64,000 bases of DNA from positions 12,954,587-13,018,586 of the forward strand of contig CM120648.1 of the NCBI GenBank assembly GCA_051362555.1. Direction: 5' to 3'. This document shows, one piece after another, positions 62,787 to 64,000 of this stretch. The DNA is from Lingula anatina. Taxonomy: Eukaryota; Animalia; Brachiopoda. The notes below the pieces were generated by a model. That model was not told the DNA's origin and made no database searches. It worked only from the letters and a program-made list of their open reading frames with translations. Numbering within the stretch: the first letter of the stretch is position 1; each line of letters opens with the position of its first letter. The translations under genes were made by a program, and so were the position numbers.

Positions 62787-63837
62787 GCTTAAAAAGTCCT
62801 TTCCTTTACATGAGGACCAAACGAACATTTTCATCCCCCTCCCCAACAAACACATATACATTAAATGTCTAGGTCGTTATATGTGTACCTTTTGATAAAA
62901 AAAGGCGATACGCACCCGTTTCCTCTTTGGCGAGAACAGTTGGAACGAAACGTGCGACGTGCTTTTATTTTGGCTCGGATGTGTTTTTATATGTTATTTG
63001 CCAAATTTTCCCAATATATCAGATTCGCACCTGTCATCTGGTTTATTATATTTAGCGGATAAGCATTCTCTTCGTCTGACAGGTGTTGTCGAAATGTTTT
63101 ACATTTATGTCGCGCTCTTGCTTTCACAGTAGGCGCCATTAATGTAACAAGGAGGGACGCCAGAAACGAAATAACGGGAAAATTATCAACGAGAACTAAG
63201 ACTGTGGACTGTAAAATCGCGCCAAAAAGCCATGATGAGGATCATTGCAAAGGGATTTTGTTTTATTTTCATTTTTATCGTCGTTTTGTTGAAAAGCGGC
63301 TGCTGTGAATTAACGAGGAGCGCTTGCGCGGGGAATAAACAGCGAAGTTTAGTAAGCGATCCGGAAAGTTGTAACAGGTATTTGTAGACTTCAGTACTTT
63401 ATTGCTCAAGTTGATTCATTTTCATTATTAATTCAGCACAACGAGATGACGCTGGAAGATGAAAACAGCAATTCCAAAACAAAAAACAGAGCTAATTTGC
63501 GAGTAAGAAGAATTTCTGAAAGCTTCTCGTCAGCTGTTTTGTGAACTCTTTTATTAAAGCATTTTAGCGACGATTTGTATAACGGTGTTGCATTTCCTCA
63601 AAATCAACCGATCTACTTTTCGTTTTCTAGAAATAAATAAAAGGACATGCAGTGAGGAAAATTCAAAGGGCGAAGGAGGTGGGGGGAGGGAGTGCATGTC
63701 TCATTTTAAGGGTATTTCAACCCTCCAGGGATCTGTCATGACTTACGTTAAATTCCCAGAGGGGTAAAATAATTAATTATCATTTTTCTGCCTCTCTTTG
63801 CACGACATGTTTACAATAATATATGATAGGAGTGAGT

Positions 63838-63878
<41 letters not shown>

Positions 63879-64000
63879 GAGGGGGCACCAACCCCCTAGA
63901 TCTGCCCATAGCTTATCTATACCCTCTACTCCAGGGTGGCAGGCGCATTTTCCTCCAGCCAGTTAGAAGATTAACCATATTTAGCCAGAGACATTATCTG

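Overview
AT-rich, intron-containing animal (probably marine invertebrate) genomic DNA, not prokaryotic. I assembled exons by hand, checking GT-AG boundaries and phases. The left three quarters hold a minus-strand tandem array of TNF-receptor-superfamily death receptors (signal peptide, TNFR cysteine-rich repeats, TM, death domain, Ser-rich tail ending in a class I PDZ-type motif). Copy A has exons 1-6 (47-13252) and runs off the left edge. Copy B is complete (510 aa, 22498-30963), copy C is complete (454 aa, 39494-46800), and a truncated fourth remnant lies at about 32580-33956. To the right are NSA2 (minus, 260 aa) and, head-to-head with it, an uncharacterised ~440-aa gene with a C-terminal C2H2-like finger. 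Introns and spacers are dense with DNA transposon derivatives. These include an Academ-like long-TIR element with a nested decayed Tc1 transposase and an inverted copy of host intron, Helentron-type non-autonomous elements carrying ~160-bp satellite arrays, a Kolobok-like element, and PIF/Harbinger-, hAT- and pogo-like MITEs. Family assignments rest on motifs I recognise, not on database searches.
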